Part shown: in pieces, positions 44,295 through 57,611 of the stretch
Numbering within the stretch: the first letter of the stretch is position 1
How the letters are laid out: every line of letters starts with the position of its first letter
From: Raja brachyura
Taxonomy: Eukaryota
Length of the DNA: 64,000 nucleotides
NCBI GenBank assembly: GCA_963514005.1
Contig: OY740804.1
Span: 19,468,001 to 19,532,000, forward strand
Direction: 5' to 3'
The notes under the pieces: model-generated
The model's input: the letters and a program-made list of their open reading frames with translations, nothing else
The model's database searches: none
What the model was told of the DNA's origin: nothing
Position numbers and translations under genes: made by a program

Positions 44295-44700
44295 AGTTTA
44301 TAAATTATGAGAGCCTTAGATAAGACAGGCCGTCAGAACCTTTCTCCCAGGGTGGTAATGTCAAAGACTAGAGGGCATAACTTTAAGGTGAGCCGAGACT
44401 CAAGTGTTTAATTGTCATATGTATTGAAAACAGAAGAATGAAATTCTTATTTGGAAGGGCAAATTTTAAAGGAGATGTGCGGGACCATTATTTTACTCAG
44501 CGATGCTGGGTGCCAGTAATGCCCCACCAGGCGTGGTGGTGGAGACAGATCTATAGTGGCATTTAAGAAGCTATTGGACAGGCACATAATTCTGGATGGA
44601 TGTGGATTACATTTAAGCAGAGAAGATTAGTTTAACGTGGCTTCATGTTCAGTGTTGATATTGTGGGCTGCAGGGAACTTGTTTCTGTATGTACTGTTCT
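44295..44700 (+). mobile_element. Old CR1 3' fragment in a SLAM intron
   Basis: AAGACTAGAGGGCATAACTTTAAGGTGAG...TTTAAGAAGCTATTGGACAGGCACAT, typical CR1 3' end. Confidence 0.7.
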
Positions 44701-44756
44701 ATATTATCCTTAGTCACCCATTGTATGGGCAAATTCATGAAGGCGTAAACACTAAC

Positions 44757-44912
44757 TAGGTGTGTGGGGGTACACAGTGTGCCCCAGTAACTGGGTGTGT
44801 GAGGTCAATGTACCCCAGTAAGTGTGTGTTGGGACAGGGTACCCCAGTGACTGGGTGTGTGGAGACAGTCTACCCCAGTCACTGGGGATTTGGGGGGTAC
44901 AGTGTATTACCA
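44757..44912. repeat. ~30-bp minisatellite (TACCCCAGTNACTGGGTGTGTG core)
   Basis: Four to five imperfect units visible directly. Confidence 0.75.
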
Positions 44913-45138
44913 GTGAGAGTGGAGATGGGTGAAGCAGCATCTCCTGTCCAAGCTGAAGTAAATGTTGCTGAGATAAGTTTCAGTCTGATCCGGAGTTTTT
45001 TCATTGAGTGCTTGGGATATTTTTGTGCCTTGTCATTGCTTTGAACTGTGGCAGAGTTCGGTGAGAGCTTACTCAGCTGTGATTTCTAGTTGAGTGTGAG
45101 GTTGTGTTGTGCCTATATAGGATTCTGTGTTCTGCCTG
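44911..45138 (-). pseudogene. Candidate degenerate SLAM cytoplasmic exon
   Basis: Acceptor ctatctctgcag|CAG and donor CTG|gtaata. The expected phase-1 frame reads AGRTQNPI*AQHNLTLN* (2 stops); a second frame holds SNIYFSL; only the third frame ends in phase 0. Confidence 0.4.
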
Positions 45139-45756
45139 CTGCAGAGATAGTAAGGATGGCCCCAGAGAACTGAGGGGTTCAGATCGCCCATCCCTGAGGC
45201 AATATGTGTCCTTTTACCATCTCATTCTCCTCCCGAGGCTGCCTGTTGTCTGGATGTCTCTGTGTTGGACGGGCTTGTGCGTAGATAGTCTCTGTGTTTG
45301 ATTGGTCTGTGGGGGAGAGTAAGAAGGATGAGTACCTGCCCCCACCATGCATCATCTCCTTTCCATCCCAGTCACTTTAACCCTGTTCCCTGTCAACCAT
45401 TCTATCCCTCCCCTCCTCACCCTTTGCCCCTCCCGATCTACCTCCTGATCATCCCTGTCCCTCCCACCTTTGTACTTCCTTCTCTCCCGATACTGCCCCC
45501 TTCCCCTACCTACAATCGACCCTCGTGCTCTGACTCCTTTCCCTTTCCAACCTTCATATTTCTCTGTTCTCAAGTCTCTACCCCTTTTACCCACTATTCC
45601 CTCCTCTCACCACGTCCTCTTCTCCCTGAGTGCACTTTTTCCATTCCATCCTTTGTCCTCTCCTGCCCCAATTCATCATCTCCCATCTAGCACCATGTGC
45701 AGTCTTTCCTGGCACTGCGACCACTCTGGCTCATGGGCTGGGTATCAGATACTTGC

Positions 45757-45888
45757 CTCCTGTGACTAGAGCGTTTTGACCTCCTCCTGTTCTTCTCCTT
45801 ACGATGATGCAGACCAGAAAAATGATGAAAACAGCTGCACAAGCCGCACCAACCGAAATAATAATCATTTTATTCCATGCTGATCCCT
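45757..45888 (-). CDS. SLAM-family receptor, transmembrane exon
   Basis: Acceptor gttgttttag|AG. KGSAWNKMIIISVGAACAAVFIIFLVCIIVRRRTGGGQNALVTG. Donor AG|gcaagt (GC-AG type); alternative donor ATC|gtaagg at 45803/45802. Confidence 0.85.
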
Positions 45889-46996
45889 CTAAAACAACGG
45901 AGGAGTCAAAATTTAATTATTCAATTTCCATTCTAGCTTTCCCACTGACAGAGAATTGAAGGGATCCATCTATCCACATGGGTTTTGATGAAGCCCTCCA
46001 TTACTACAGTTTTGGTACCCTCAGTCCACTCTCTATTCACCCCTCAAAACATTCCCCTTCATCCCCGCATGGAGTCCAAGATGAGCTACCTAATTGGATC
46101 CAAAATTAGCTTGGTGATGGGAGGCAAAGGGTAGAGGTGGAAGAATGTTTTTTTGATAGGATGTATTTAACTAAAGTGGTGCACCATGATGGTGAAAGAA
46201 GATGTTGGTTTACAAAAAAAAGATACAATGTGCTGGAATAACTCAGTGGGACATGCGGCATCTCTGGAGAACGTAGATAGGTAATGTTTCGGGTCAGAAC
46301 CCTTCTTCGGACTAATTGTGGTGAGTGGGGGAGGGCCGCATGGGGAATGATGGATGAGTGCAGGGCAAAGCCCGGCAAATGATAGGTAGAAACGGGAAAG
46401 GGGGAGGGGGTTGATAGGCAGAAAGTTGGGCAAAATCCAGTGATTGAAAGATAAAAGGTGTGAGATTAGGATAGAAGATAGACTTTATTGTCTTTTAAAT
46501 TTTGTTATGGTACCCGCTGCAACCACTTCATCAGGTTGTACATTCCATTTATGTACCACCTTCTGTGTGGAAAACATTGCCCAAAACGTTTCCACTAAAT
46601 CTTTCCCCTCTCACATTTCGCCTGGAGGGCAGACAAAATCTGAAAAACACTCACTTAGAAGGTGGTGGGGCAGATATTCCCACAGTATTAAAGCCTCTGG
46701 GCTAGGGCATAAATTTCCAAGGCTAGAAAGCTATGGATCAAGTACTGGTCCCATTGGGCAAACTATACGAACACTTAAAACCACGCATTTCCAGCCTCAG
46801 GACTCCAGCTCAGAAACAGCTGAGTCAACTACTGAATGGTCCACCCATAAACCAGGTATAATCCTGACCTTCCAATCTACCACATTGCCAACATTGGACT
46901 TTATCTTTGAAACTAACATTACAATGCTGCAAATATATATTCTGCATTCTGGTATTTTTCTTTTTGCTTGGGTATAGCTTCATTGTAGTTATGTAT

Positions 46997-47219
46997 GTTT
47001 AAGAAGGAACTGCAGATGCTGGAAAGTCGATGGTAGTCAAAAATGCTGGAGAAACTCAGCAGGTGAGGCAGCATCTATGGAGCGAAGGAAATAGGCAACG
47101 TTTCGGGTCAAAACACTTCTTCAGACTGAAGAAGGGTTTCGACCTGAAACGTTGCCTATTTCCTTCGCTCCATAGATGCTGCCTCACCCGTTGAGTTTCA
47201 CCAGCATTTTTGTCTACCT
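46997..47219. mobile_element. Penelope-derived insertion forming a ~93-bp-arm palindrome, with 14-bp TSD
   Basis: Arms 47032-47124 and 47126-47218 are near-perfect inverted copies. TTGTAGTTATGTAT at 46983-46996 and 47220-47233. Host looks like an L2-type 3'UTR. Confidence 0.85.
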
Positions 47220-48350
47220 TTGTAGTTATGTATTGTATGATCTGATTATTAATTGGATAGCACGCAAACAAAAGCTTTTTGCTGTTTCTCAATCCATGAC
47301 ACAATAATAAACCAATCCCAAATGGGATTAGTGTGTATGGGTATTGATGTGGCATGGACATGGTGGCCCAAAGAGCCTGTTTCTGGTTGACGTTATGACT
47401 GAAATCTCTTACTAGTTGGGTAATGTGTTTCTTTGTTATTCTTCCTGCAAAAATAAATAATTTAACATGTTACCCACATTATTCTACATTTGTTAGATCC
47501 TTGCCCGCTCACTTATCTTGCCTTATTATCCTTTAATAATTACCTTATGTCCACTTCATAACTTGCTTTCCTACGTTTTGGGCCTTTTACACGAGCCATA
47601 TTAAAATTCATATACTAGTGGAGGCTCCAGAACGAGCCCTCTGGCAATATTATATGTTGTTCATTTATGCCTACTCTCCCGTTATCCTGCCAGTCTTCTG
47701 TTCATTCCAACACAAATCCTGCTGCACTACAAGCTTTTATTTTCTTCAATAACTTTTGATGGAACATCTCCATCAAATGCCTTATGGAAATCTAATAACA
47801 GTGCACCTTCATTAGTTTCAGTTCCTTCTTGTTTGTAACAAAGTGCCCTAAGACACATCTCCTCCCTCAGCGATTCTCTCTGGAGCTAACTTATTTTGCA
47901 TAGATTTCATCTGCAATTTCACATTTTGTATTTTAGACCCACCCAAGCTTGCAGGTCTGTTCAGCATGATGTTGAATAAAAGTTTGGAATCCTACAGTTC
48001 CAGCAGGGATTTATTTCTCTCTTCTGTAATTCATCTCCTATTTGCACCTTCTACAGTCACGTACTGTGCAGGAAACAAGTATTCACCATCTCCCAGCCAG
48101 CACCACCATCGCCTCTGTTATGTGTGTCTCACTGTCGCTATCATTCGTATTCTCTCTGTATTTCCGATTCCACCTTTCTGTCACATAAAATAAAATTGAT
48201 TTCTAATTTTTCCAATTTCTGACATAAAATCTTCGACCTGGAATGTTGTTTATCTTTTTCTCATATCATTGGCTGGTGAACCTTTGGAGTATTTCCAATA
48301 TTTTCTGTTTATATTACACATTTCTAGTATCAGCAGTGTGTTTCACTCAC

Positions 48351-48620
48351 TTGGTGTGGCCTGTTTGCAGTCGTCCATCAACCTGATCTGTGCCGTGCCC
48401 TCACTGACCAGGTTCCTGGCCTCACACTTGTACTCAACGTCCCCGACCTCTGCTGCCTCTATCGTCTCTCCGTGTTGCAGGGGGTGATGGGTGCTGTCAT
48501 TTCCCAGAGGTTTTCCCCACCACCACCTGAAGCTGGTGGAATTGCCAGAGGTCACGGAGCAGGTCAGGGTGCAGTTGCCGTTGATGTTCTGAATCTTAAT
48601 CTGTGTTCCTGCCACGGGCT
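48351..48620 (-). CDS. SLAM-family receptor, C2-type Ig exon
   Basis: Acceptor ccaacctcag|AG, donor CCAA|gtgagt, 270 nt, phase 1-1. EPVAGTQI...NCTLTCSV...FRWW...YKCEARNLVS...DDCK has four Cys, as in SLAM/CD2 C2 domains; joins the V exon to give VYEPV. Confidence 0.92.
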
Positions 48621-49807
48621 CTGAGGTTGGGGCAGAGAGAAGAAAGATGAGTAAAGGAGATCCTTGTGGACCCCACGATACCCAACAGCCACAAGTGAAC
48701 AATCCCAGCTCATTTCCACCCACCAGTTTAACTCTTCTCTCCCCCTCCCCTTCAGTTCAGCGAGTTGTTGCTGTACAAAGTCCACATGTGATGCGCCCCC
48801 TTCCCGACTACTGCCCGCAATCATCCACCAACTCTCCACCATGTCCTGATTATGGCTCTGTATCATGTGATAGGAGTAGAATTAAACCATTTGGCCCATC
48901 AAATCTACTCCGCCATTCAATCATGGATGATTGAACCTGGGGATTCTATCCAGATGCAGGGTTTTTTTTCACTTCCGCTAATGGTCCCCGAGTCCCTTAT
49001 GCACCCGAGTGTGACCCAGCCCAGACCGGTCCTGAACCTGGTCCAAGAGAGTCAGCCCTGGGACTGTGGTGGGCACTGACCCAGACTGGGATAGTGTGCC
49101 ATGTTCCAGAGTGAATCCAGCACCGTGCAGATCCTGGGTCACATGGCCTCTCTCCCACAGAGACTGAAACAGCTCACAAATCGGGGGTATAAATAGCGAG
49201 TTATTCCCAGTCTTGTGATGGGACACATTCTGAGAGGGGAATCAAGGAGTCAGAATGGAGAAAATGTCACAAGGGACAGAGCGGAGATCTGGGGCTGCAG
49301 AGTAGATACATGAGTAGAAAGGGCAGGGAAATCCCCTGATCACTGCCCCCCATCCTCAGCGGATGAACTAGCTCTCCCTCATGTTGGACCACACTTAGAA
49401 TATGTCCTGAGAGCAGCAAAGGCCAGGATGTCCTCTAGGTGGGGATTTCAATGTCCAACATGGGAGTGGGTTGGTAGCACCTCCACAGACTGAGCCGCCG
49501 ACTGCCGTACAATCCTTGTGGAGACAAGTTTGGTCTTCACACTGAAGGCTCATCCCCATCATATTGTGTGGCACCTACAATTGTGCTCAGTGGGAGAGGC
49601 TCCGAAGAGATCATGCAGCTGGCAACTGGGGTCCATGCGGTCCTGTGGACAACCGCAGAACTGTCCACCACGCAGTCTGTAACCTCATGGTTCACACCAC
49701 CATTCCTGTCACCGAGGGGGTCAACCCTGGTTCGCTGAGGAGCGCAGAGGACATGAGGAAGCAGCACCAGGTGGAGATAAACACAATGAGGTGCCAGCCT
49801 GGTGAAG

Positions 49808-52007
49808 CTGCCAGAGTATAAACAGAGGATAGTTCGGGAAGCGGCAGTGACGAGGGACGTAAAGCAGTGGTCCGACCAGTGAGACGCCATGCTGCAAGAT
49901 GCACTGACGGATGTCGATTGGAATATGTTCCAAGCAAGTTCCAGTGACATCAGTGAGTCTGCGGAAGCAGTCACAGACTTCATCGCAACAATAACCGACA
50001 ACATCGTCCCCACGGTAAGGGTAAGCACCTTTCCAAATCAAAAACCCTGGGTGGACAGGTCCGTTCATGTTGCCTTGAATGCTCGCACCGCTGCCTACAA
50101 CTCGGGCCTGGCATCAGGAAATATGGACGTCTACAAGGTAGAGTCCTACCGACTGCGAAGGGCGGTGAAGGACGCAAAAAGGAGGTACAGGAACAAGATG
50201 GAGTCACAGACGGAGCAGCAGGACACCAGACGCCTGTGGCAGGGGCTACGGACTGTAACCAACTACCGGAGCAGCTCCCCCCCAACCGGAATTGCCGGCA
50301 CCTCCCTAGCTGATGACATGAAGGAGACTGGAAACATCACCCCAAGTCTGCCGACTAACGACAGCACCGCCAGCGAGCTGGTTATCGAAGCTGAAGGGAG
50401 GTCCATCGCTGGGGATGTGCACACATTCTCGTTGTCCGAGCACGATGTGAGGAGGGCTCTGACACGGGTGAACCCAAGGAAAGCTGCAGGCCCAGATGGC
50501 ATCTCGGGACGAGTACTTAAGTCTTGTGCTACGCAGCTAGCTCCGGTGCTCACTACAATATTCAACCTCTCACTGGCCAAGTCCAAGGTCCCTGCCTGCT
50601 TCAAAGGATCCATCATTGTACCTGTACCTAAAAATGCCTCCCCAGCTTCTCTGAATAATTACCATCCAGTGGCCCTCACCTCGGTAGTCATGAAATGCTT
50701 TGAGAGGCTGGTCAAGAAACCGCTACAATTCGCATACCATCCGAACAGATCCACGGACGATGCGGTCTCCCAGGTTCTGCACACCGCTCTCTCTCACCTT
50801 GACAGCCAGAAGTGGGGCTATGTGAGGATGCTGTTCATAGACTTCAGTTCAGTCTTCAACATGATAGTCCCCACCAGACTTGCTGAGAAGCTGGTGGAAT
50901 TGGTGCTCAACACCACCCTGTGGGTCCTGGACTTTCTCATCGCCAGGCCCCAGGTAGTCAAGATGGGAAGAAATACATCAAAGTCCCGCACCCCGAGCAC
51001 AAGATCCCCCCAGGGTTGCGTTATCAGCCCCCTACTGTACTCCCTGTACACACATGACTCTGTGGCTAGGTTCAGTTCCAACTCTATAATCAAGTTTGCT
51101 GATGACATTGTGGTGGTGGGCTGGATCTCCGATAATGATGAGAAGGCTTACTGGGAGGAGGTGGCTAATCTGGCACTGGTGTCAGGACAACAACCTCCTC
51201 TTGAATATCAAAAAAACTAAGGAGCTGAACATGGACTTTAGGAGGGCACATCATCCGAGGACGTACACACCACTGAAGATAAATGGGGATACTGTGGATA
51301 GGGTGAGCTGCTTTAAAAACCTGGGAGTCCACATCTCAGAGGATCTGACATGGACATCACACGCTGCAGCACTGGTGAGTAAGGCAAGGCAGCACCTTTA
51401 CCACCTCAGGCAGCTGAGGAAATTCAGAGTGTCTCTGAGGACCCTCTAGTGCTTCTACTCAGCGGCTGTGGAAAGCATTTTGTCCGGAAAATCACAATTT
51501 GGTTTAGGAATTGCTCTGCCCAAAACAAGAAGGCTCTGCAGAGAGGAGTGCGTTCGGCCGAACGCACAATGGGAACTCCACTCACCCCTCTGCAGGAACT
51601 ATACATCAGGAGGTGCAACTCCAGAGCCAACAAGATCATGGGAGACCTCTTCCACCCCAGCAAAGGAGTGTTCCAGCTGCTACGGTCAGGCAAACGCCTC
51701 CGTTACCATGTTGTGAAAACGGAGAGGATGAGAAGGAGTTTCTTCCCAGAGGCCATTACGACTGTGAACTCCTATCTCACCAGGGACTAACTTTACCGGA
51801 CCAATTTATTGTTGTGTGGTGTCTTTTTAAAATTGATGTTTTTTCTTTTTTTTTCCTACCACAAATATGTAATATGTGAATATGTGATTCTGTTCCATTC
51901 TGTTTTGTAGTTTTTTTGCACAATCCGCAACCATTGCCACTTTTCATTTCACTGCACATCTCGTATGTGTATGTGATGAATAAACTCACTTGACGACTTG
52001 ACTTGAC
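49808..52007 (+). mobile_element. Rex/Babar-clade LINE, 5'-truncated and frameshifted
   Basis: PNQKPW, KAAGPDGI, LFIDFSS, PQGCVISPLLY, KFADD, KTKEL.MDFRR, RRSFFPEA; tail AATAAAC plus (CTTGA)n. Confidence 0.9.
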
Positions 52008-52344
52008 AGAGGACGACATGCGAGCTTATCAGCAACAACAGCCACAAAAAAAAAGAGCTGAGGGACCTCGCAGCCTATGGCTCAGGTCACAGTTCTACAG
52101 TCCTCCTACATCGGGACATGAATAGTCGTGGACAATTCAATAGCTCATCGAATGCAGCAGCCAAAAAAGCATCCCCATCCTCAGCGATAATGTGACCCAG
52201 CACGTGAGTGCTGGAGACAAGGTTGATCATTTACAACCGCGTTCAGTCAGAGTGCTGGGGTGGATGATCTCTGATCTTCTGAGATCCTACCGTCACAGAA
52301 ACCAGTGTCCAGACAATTTAGTTTACTCCATGCAAAATCATGTT

Positions 52345-52655
52345 TATAAGTTATAGGAGCAGAATTAGGCCATTTGGCCCATCAAGTCTAAGCCGCCATC
52401 TAAACACAATTGATCTATCCCTCAAACCCATTCTCCTGCCTTCTCCCCATAACCTCTGACACCTGTACTAATCAAGAATATATCAATCTCCACTGTAAAA
52501 ATATCCATTGACTTGGCCTCCAAAGCCTCCTGTGACAATTAATTCCACAGATTCATCACCTTCTGATAAAATAAATTCCTCTTCATCTCCTTTCTAAAGG
52601 TATTGTATGCCCTTTTATTCCGAGGCTATGGCCTCGGGTCCTGGACTCAATCATT
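52345..52655 (-). mobile_element. CR1 3' fragment
   Basis: Plus strand ATAGGAGCAGAATTAGGCCATT...TTCCACAGATTCATCACC...CTATGGCCTCGGGTCCTGGACTC. Confidence 0.8.
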
Positions 52656-54294
52656 AATGGAAACATCTTCTCCACATCCAGTCTATCCAGGAAACACAGA
52701 GAGCCCCTATACATATCCAGCTCCAGGCAACATCCCAGCTATAGTACTGAAGACCTGCACTCCTGAAGTTGTGGCACGTCTCGCCAAGTTGTTTTTGCAA
52801 CATTGGTATCCAGTGACAATGTGAAAAATTGCCGTCATGTTTGCAGTTCATAAACAGGATGAATCCAATCAGCTGATCACCTTCCAATTAATCTAGTCTT
52901 GATCATCAGCAAAGTGAGAGAAGCTATTGTTGACACTTTTATCATGCAGCACTTACTCGCCAATAACCTGCTCACTGAAGCTGAAGATCTTATCTGAAGA
53001 TCTCATCACGGCTTTGGTCCGAGACTGGAACGGAAAACTGACTTGCAGAGATAAGGCGAGGCTGACTGTCCTCAACATCAACGCATTGTTTAACTGAGTC
53101 TGACATTAGGGAGCCCTTGTAAGACTAAAGTCAATGAACATCCAGGGTTAAAACTCTGACGTGGAGTCACCCCTCACACGGAGGAAGATGGTTGTGGTCA
53201 TTGGAGGTCAGTCAACCCAGCCGCAGGTCATCACTGCAGGTGTTCCTCAGGGCAGTATCCTGGGCCCAACCAGCTGCTTCATCAATGACCTTCCTGGCAT
53301 CGCAACATGTGACTGATGATGGCACAATGTTCAGTTCCATTATCAACTCAACTGCATGCAGCAGGACCCAGAAAACATTCAGACAGGGGCTGATAAGTGG
53401 GAAGTTTGCAACCACTTGATGGAAGTGTCAGCAGGAGACAGCCCAGTGCTTGAGACTCAATGATTCTCCCAGCAGCAAGTCCCACATTATCAAAACAATG
53501 GAACAGCAACTCAACAATACTAATTACACATACGCTGTGGCTACTGGAAAAAATTTTGAGGCTGGGTATCCCGTAGGAGTGACTCACTTCCTGACACCCT
53601 GACCTTTCCCCGTCTACAGGACATGTCAGGAGTGTAAGGGAACACTCTTCCAATACCTGGGTGAGTGCAGCTTCAACATCTCTCGAGAAGTTGCCATCAC
53701 CTGCAACTGAAGCAGCTGCTTAATCAGATCCCTACCCACTACCCTAAATACTCCCACCCTCGTCAGCCTAAGCACTTCCTCCCCCATCCTAACATCATCC
53801 TTCTGCTACTCTGAGCACTCCCACCAAAACCCCAAGCACTCCCTCTGTCCAATCCCTAAATATTCCATCCCTCTATGGAATGGGATGAAGAAGGGACTCG
53901 ACCCGAAACGTTGCCCATTTCCTTTGCTCCATAGATGCTGCCTCACCTGCTGAGTTTCTCCAGCATTTTTGTCATCTGGAAACAAATGTGGGCGGTGTGC
54001 ATGTAATCCAGAAAATTCACCAGGGAGCCTGGAGGAAATTCCCTTCCCCATGGAGCAGTGGGAACGTGGGAACCGTTGACGGTTCGATGGCCCAGTGACC
54101 GGGGATGTGGTGGGCCTGTCCCCCAGCCTGGCACTGCACTAGTCCCACTACACTGGGACCGGGACCCCCACTCTGCACATTGGCAGTCAGTGGGGTTCAG
54201 TAAACTGGGGAACACACAGGAACTGCTCTCGCCCATTAATTAGGGAGGTTCAGGAGCCGGTGAAATGCGGGGCCTCCGCGGCAGTCTCACTCAC

Positions 54295-54612
54295 CGTACA
54301 CCTCCAGTCGGACTCTCGCCGAAGTTTTATCTCCTGAACTTGCAACAAAATCCACCTCGTAATCACCAGCGTCCTCTCTCCGTAGATCACGGATTTCCAG
54401 AGTGAAGTTCCCGCGGTGAAGAGTTACCCGTCCCTTGTAATTGGTGCCATAGTATACAATAGTCTCATTCGAGTACTTCGCTATCATGGTTCTGGGTGAT
54501 GTCCGCCTCCACGCAACGCTGGCATTGTCCGGTGCGACTGTGATCCCAGCAGGTAAGGAGACCGAGTGTCCCCGAGCTCCGGTCACGGTGCCAGTGGCGG
54601 CCCCGGTCCCAG
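54295..54612 (-). CDS. SLAM-family receptor, V-type Ig exon (no canonical disulfide)
   Basis: Acceptor cttgtctcctcag|CT, donor TACG|gtgagt, 318 nt, phase 1-1. VTGARGHSVSLP...VAW...YKGRVTL...FTLEIRDLRREDAGDYEV...VRLEVY. Confidence 0.93.
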
Positions 54613-55487
54613 CTGAGGAGACAAGAGGGGCAGTCAGCAGGACAGCCCAGTGACTGGAGGAGGAATCGGAGCTGGGAGAATCACAGAGCACAGGAGCAGG
54701 CCATGCGGCCCATCGTCTAGCTCCCAGCTCTGTGAGAGACCCGGCCCACAGTTCCTACATCACACAGTGAGCCCACGGGGGGAACAGAGTGAAGACTCTC
54801 AGCACCCGGGGCCGAGGAAGGAAGTTGCAGCCGGCAGCCAGATATTGACGGACGGGTCAGGGGGAACAGACACGGCAAATGGGGCCTGGTCTGAAAAAGA
54901 AGGGGGATGTGAGTTTGGAGAGAGTGAACATGGTGGAGGAACGGGGTAAATGGGAGGGTGTGAGTAGTATGGGGGAGGGAAGGAGCAGACCCCTGGAGTG
55001 CACTTATACAGATCCCTGAAGGAGGAAGTAAGGTGTTGTGACAGGTGGGTGACTAACTACCACACAAGCAACGATCAAAAGGTGAGAGCAACACGATCCA
55101 GGGAAAATTGGCAAACCGGGTGCAAAATTATCTGGGTGATTGGAGACAGAAGATATTGGTAGAGGGTTGGTTTTGTTATTGGAACCCTGTGACCAGTCGT
55201 GGACTGCAGGGATTGTTGTTGGGATTCTTACTGCCCGAGTACAATAAAAAGGAGGTTGAAGTTTGCAGATGACACAAACAAAAATCAGTGGTGTAAACGA
55301 TTGGAGCATAGTCATAGACTGCAGAATATACTGTTCAGTAGTTAAGATGGGCAGAGCGATTACAGGTAGAATTTGTTCCTAATAAGTGCAAAATTAGAAA
55401 TTTTGGGAAGAGTTATAAAATTAGGACGTATTAAGAATGGTGGGGTCATAAGCAGTGTTGAAACACAGAGGGATCTTGATATACTAG

Positions 55488-57555
55488 TAGAAACATAGAA
55501 AATAGGTGCAGGAGGAGGCCATTCGGCCCTTTGAGCCAGCACCCCCATTCATTGTGATTATGGCTGATCGTCCGCTATCAATAACCCGTGCCTGCCTTCT
55601 CTCCATATCCCTTGACTCCACTAGCCTCTAGAGCTCTATCCAACTCTCTCGTAAATGCATCCAGTGATTTGGCCTCCACTACCCTCTGTGGCAGGGACTT
55701 CCATAAATTCACAAATCTCAGGGTAAAAAAGTTTGTTCTCACCTCAGTCTTAAATGACCTCCCCTTTATTCTAAGACTGTGGCCCCTGGTTCTGGACTCA
55801 CCCAACATTGGGAGCATTTTTCCTGCATCTAGCTTGTCCAGTCCTTTTACAATTTTATATGTTTCTATTAGATCCCCCAGCGTCCTTCTAAACTCCAGGG
55901 AATACAAACCTAGTGTTTTCAATGTTTCCTCATATGACAGTCCCGCCATCCCAGGGATCAATCTTGTGAACCGACGCTGCACTGCCCCAATCACAAGGAT
56001 GTCCTTCCTCAAATTAGGGGACCAAAACTGTACACGATACTCCAGATGTGATCTCACCAGAGCCCTATACAATTGCAGAAGAACTTCTTTACTCCTATAC
56101 TGAAATCCTCGTGTTATGAAGGCCAACATTCCATTAGCTTTCTTCACTGCCTGCTGTACCTGCACGCCAACTTTCAGTGACCGGTGTACAAGGACACCCA
56201 GGTCTCGCTGTACCTCCCCCTTACCTAACCTAACCCCATTGAGATAATAATCTGCCACCTTGTTTTTGCCACCAAAGTGAATAACCTCACATTTATCTAT
56301 ATTATACTGCATCTGCCACGCTTCTACGCACTCACTCAACCTGTCCAGGTCCCCCTGCAACCTCCGAACATCCTCTTCACAGTTCACACTGCCACCCAGC
56401 TTTGTGTCATCTGCAAACTTGCTAGTGTTGCTCCTAATTCCTTCTTCCAAATCATTAATATATATGGTAAACAGTTGTGGCCCCAACACCGAGCCTTGCG
56501 GCACTCCACTCGCCACTGCCCGCCATTCTGAAAAGGACCCGTTCACTCCTACTCTTTGCTTCCGGTCTGCCAACAAATTTTCTATCCATGTCAACACCCT
56601 ACCCCCAATACCATGTGCTCTAATTTTAGTCACCAGTCTCCCGTGCGGGACCTTATCAAAGGCTTTCTGAAAGTCTAGATACACTACATCCACTAGCACC
56701 CCTTCATTCATTTTACTTGTCACATCGTCAAAAAATTCCAGATTAATCAAGCATGATTTCCCTTTCATAAATCCATATTGACTTAGACTAATCCTTTTAC
56801 TGCTATCCAAATGCTCCATTATTACCTCTTTAATAATTCCCACCACCGAAGTCAGGCTAATTGGTCTGTAATTCCCCGTTTTCTCTCTCGCTCCTTTCTT
56901 GAAAAGTGGGATAGTATTAGCTATCCTCCAATCCACAGCAACTGATCCTGAATCTATTGAACATTGGAAAATGATCACCAATGAATCCACTATTTCTAGA
57001 GCCACCTCCCTGAGGACCCTGGGATGCAGACCATCAGGTCCAGAGGATTTATCATCCTTCAGTCCCATTAGCCTACCCTATACTATTTCTCGCCTAATGA
57101 AAATGTATTTCAGTTCCTCTACCCCCTTAGATCCACGTCCTCCAGGACATCTGGGAGATTGTTTGTGTCCTCCTTAGTGAAGACAGATCTGAAGTATCTA
57201 TTCAACTCTTCTGCCATTTCCTTGTTGCACATAATAATTTCACCCGTGTCTGCCTTCAAGGGACCCACATTTGACTTTGCTACTCTTTTTCCCTTAACAT
57301 ATCTAAATAAGCTTTTACTGTCCTTTATATTCCTGGCCAGCTTCCCCTCGTACTTCATCTTTTCAGCCCGTATTGCCTGTTTTGTTTCCTTCTGTTGTCC
57401 TATGAAAGTTTCCCAATCCTCTGGCTTCCGGCTACTCTTTGCTGTGTTATACATCTTTTCTTTTAGTTTTATTCTTTCCCTAACTTCTCTTGTCAGCCAC
57501 GGTTTCCTCCTACTCCCCTTAGAATCTTTCTTCCTTTTTGGAATGAAATGATCTC
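55488..57555 (-). mobile_element. Young 5'-truncated CR1 LINE (RT domain largely open)
   Basis: ORF 55578-57068 with GPDGLHP, YLDFQKAFDKV, GVPQGSVLGP, KFADD; (TTTCTATG) tail at ~55488-55503. Confidence 0.95.
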
Positions 57556-57611
57556 TACTGGTGGATATGGTGGTGAAGGTATACGGAATATTTGCCTTAA
57601 TTGATTGGACA

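Larger units (their letters stand above)
49330..53760 (+). mobile_element. Old, fragmented CR1/L2-group LINE interrupted by Rex/Babar and CR1 inserts
   Basis: Remnant motifs GDFNV (~49442), PGNIPAIVLKTCTPE (~52722), GVPQGSILGP (~53240). Confidence 0.65.
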
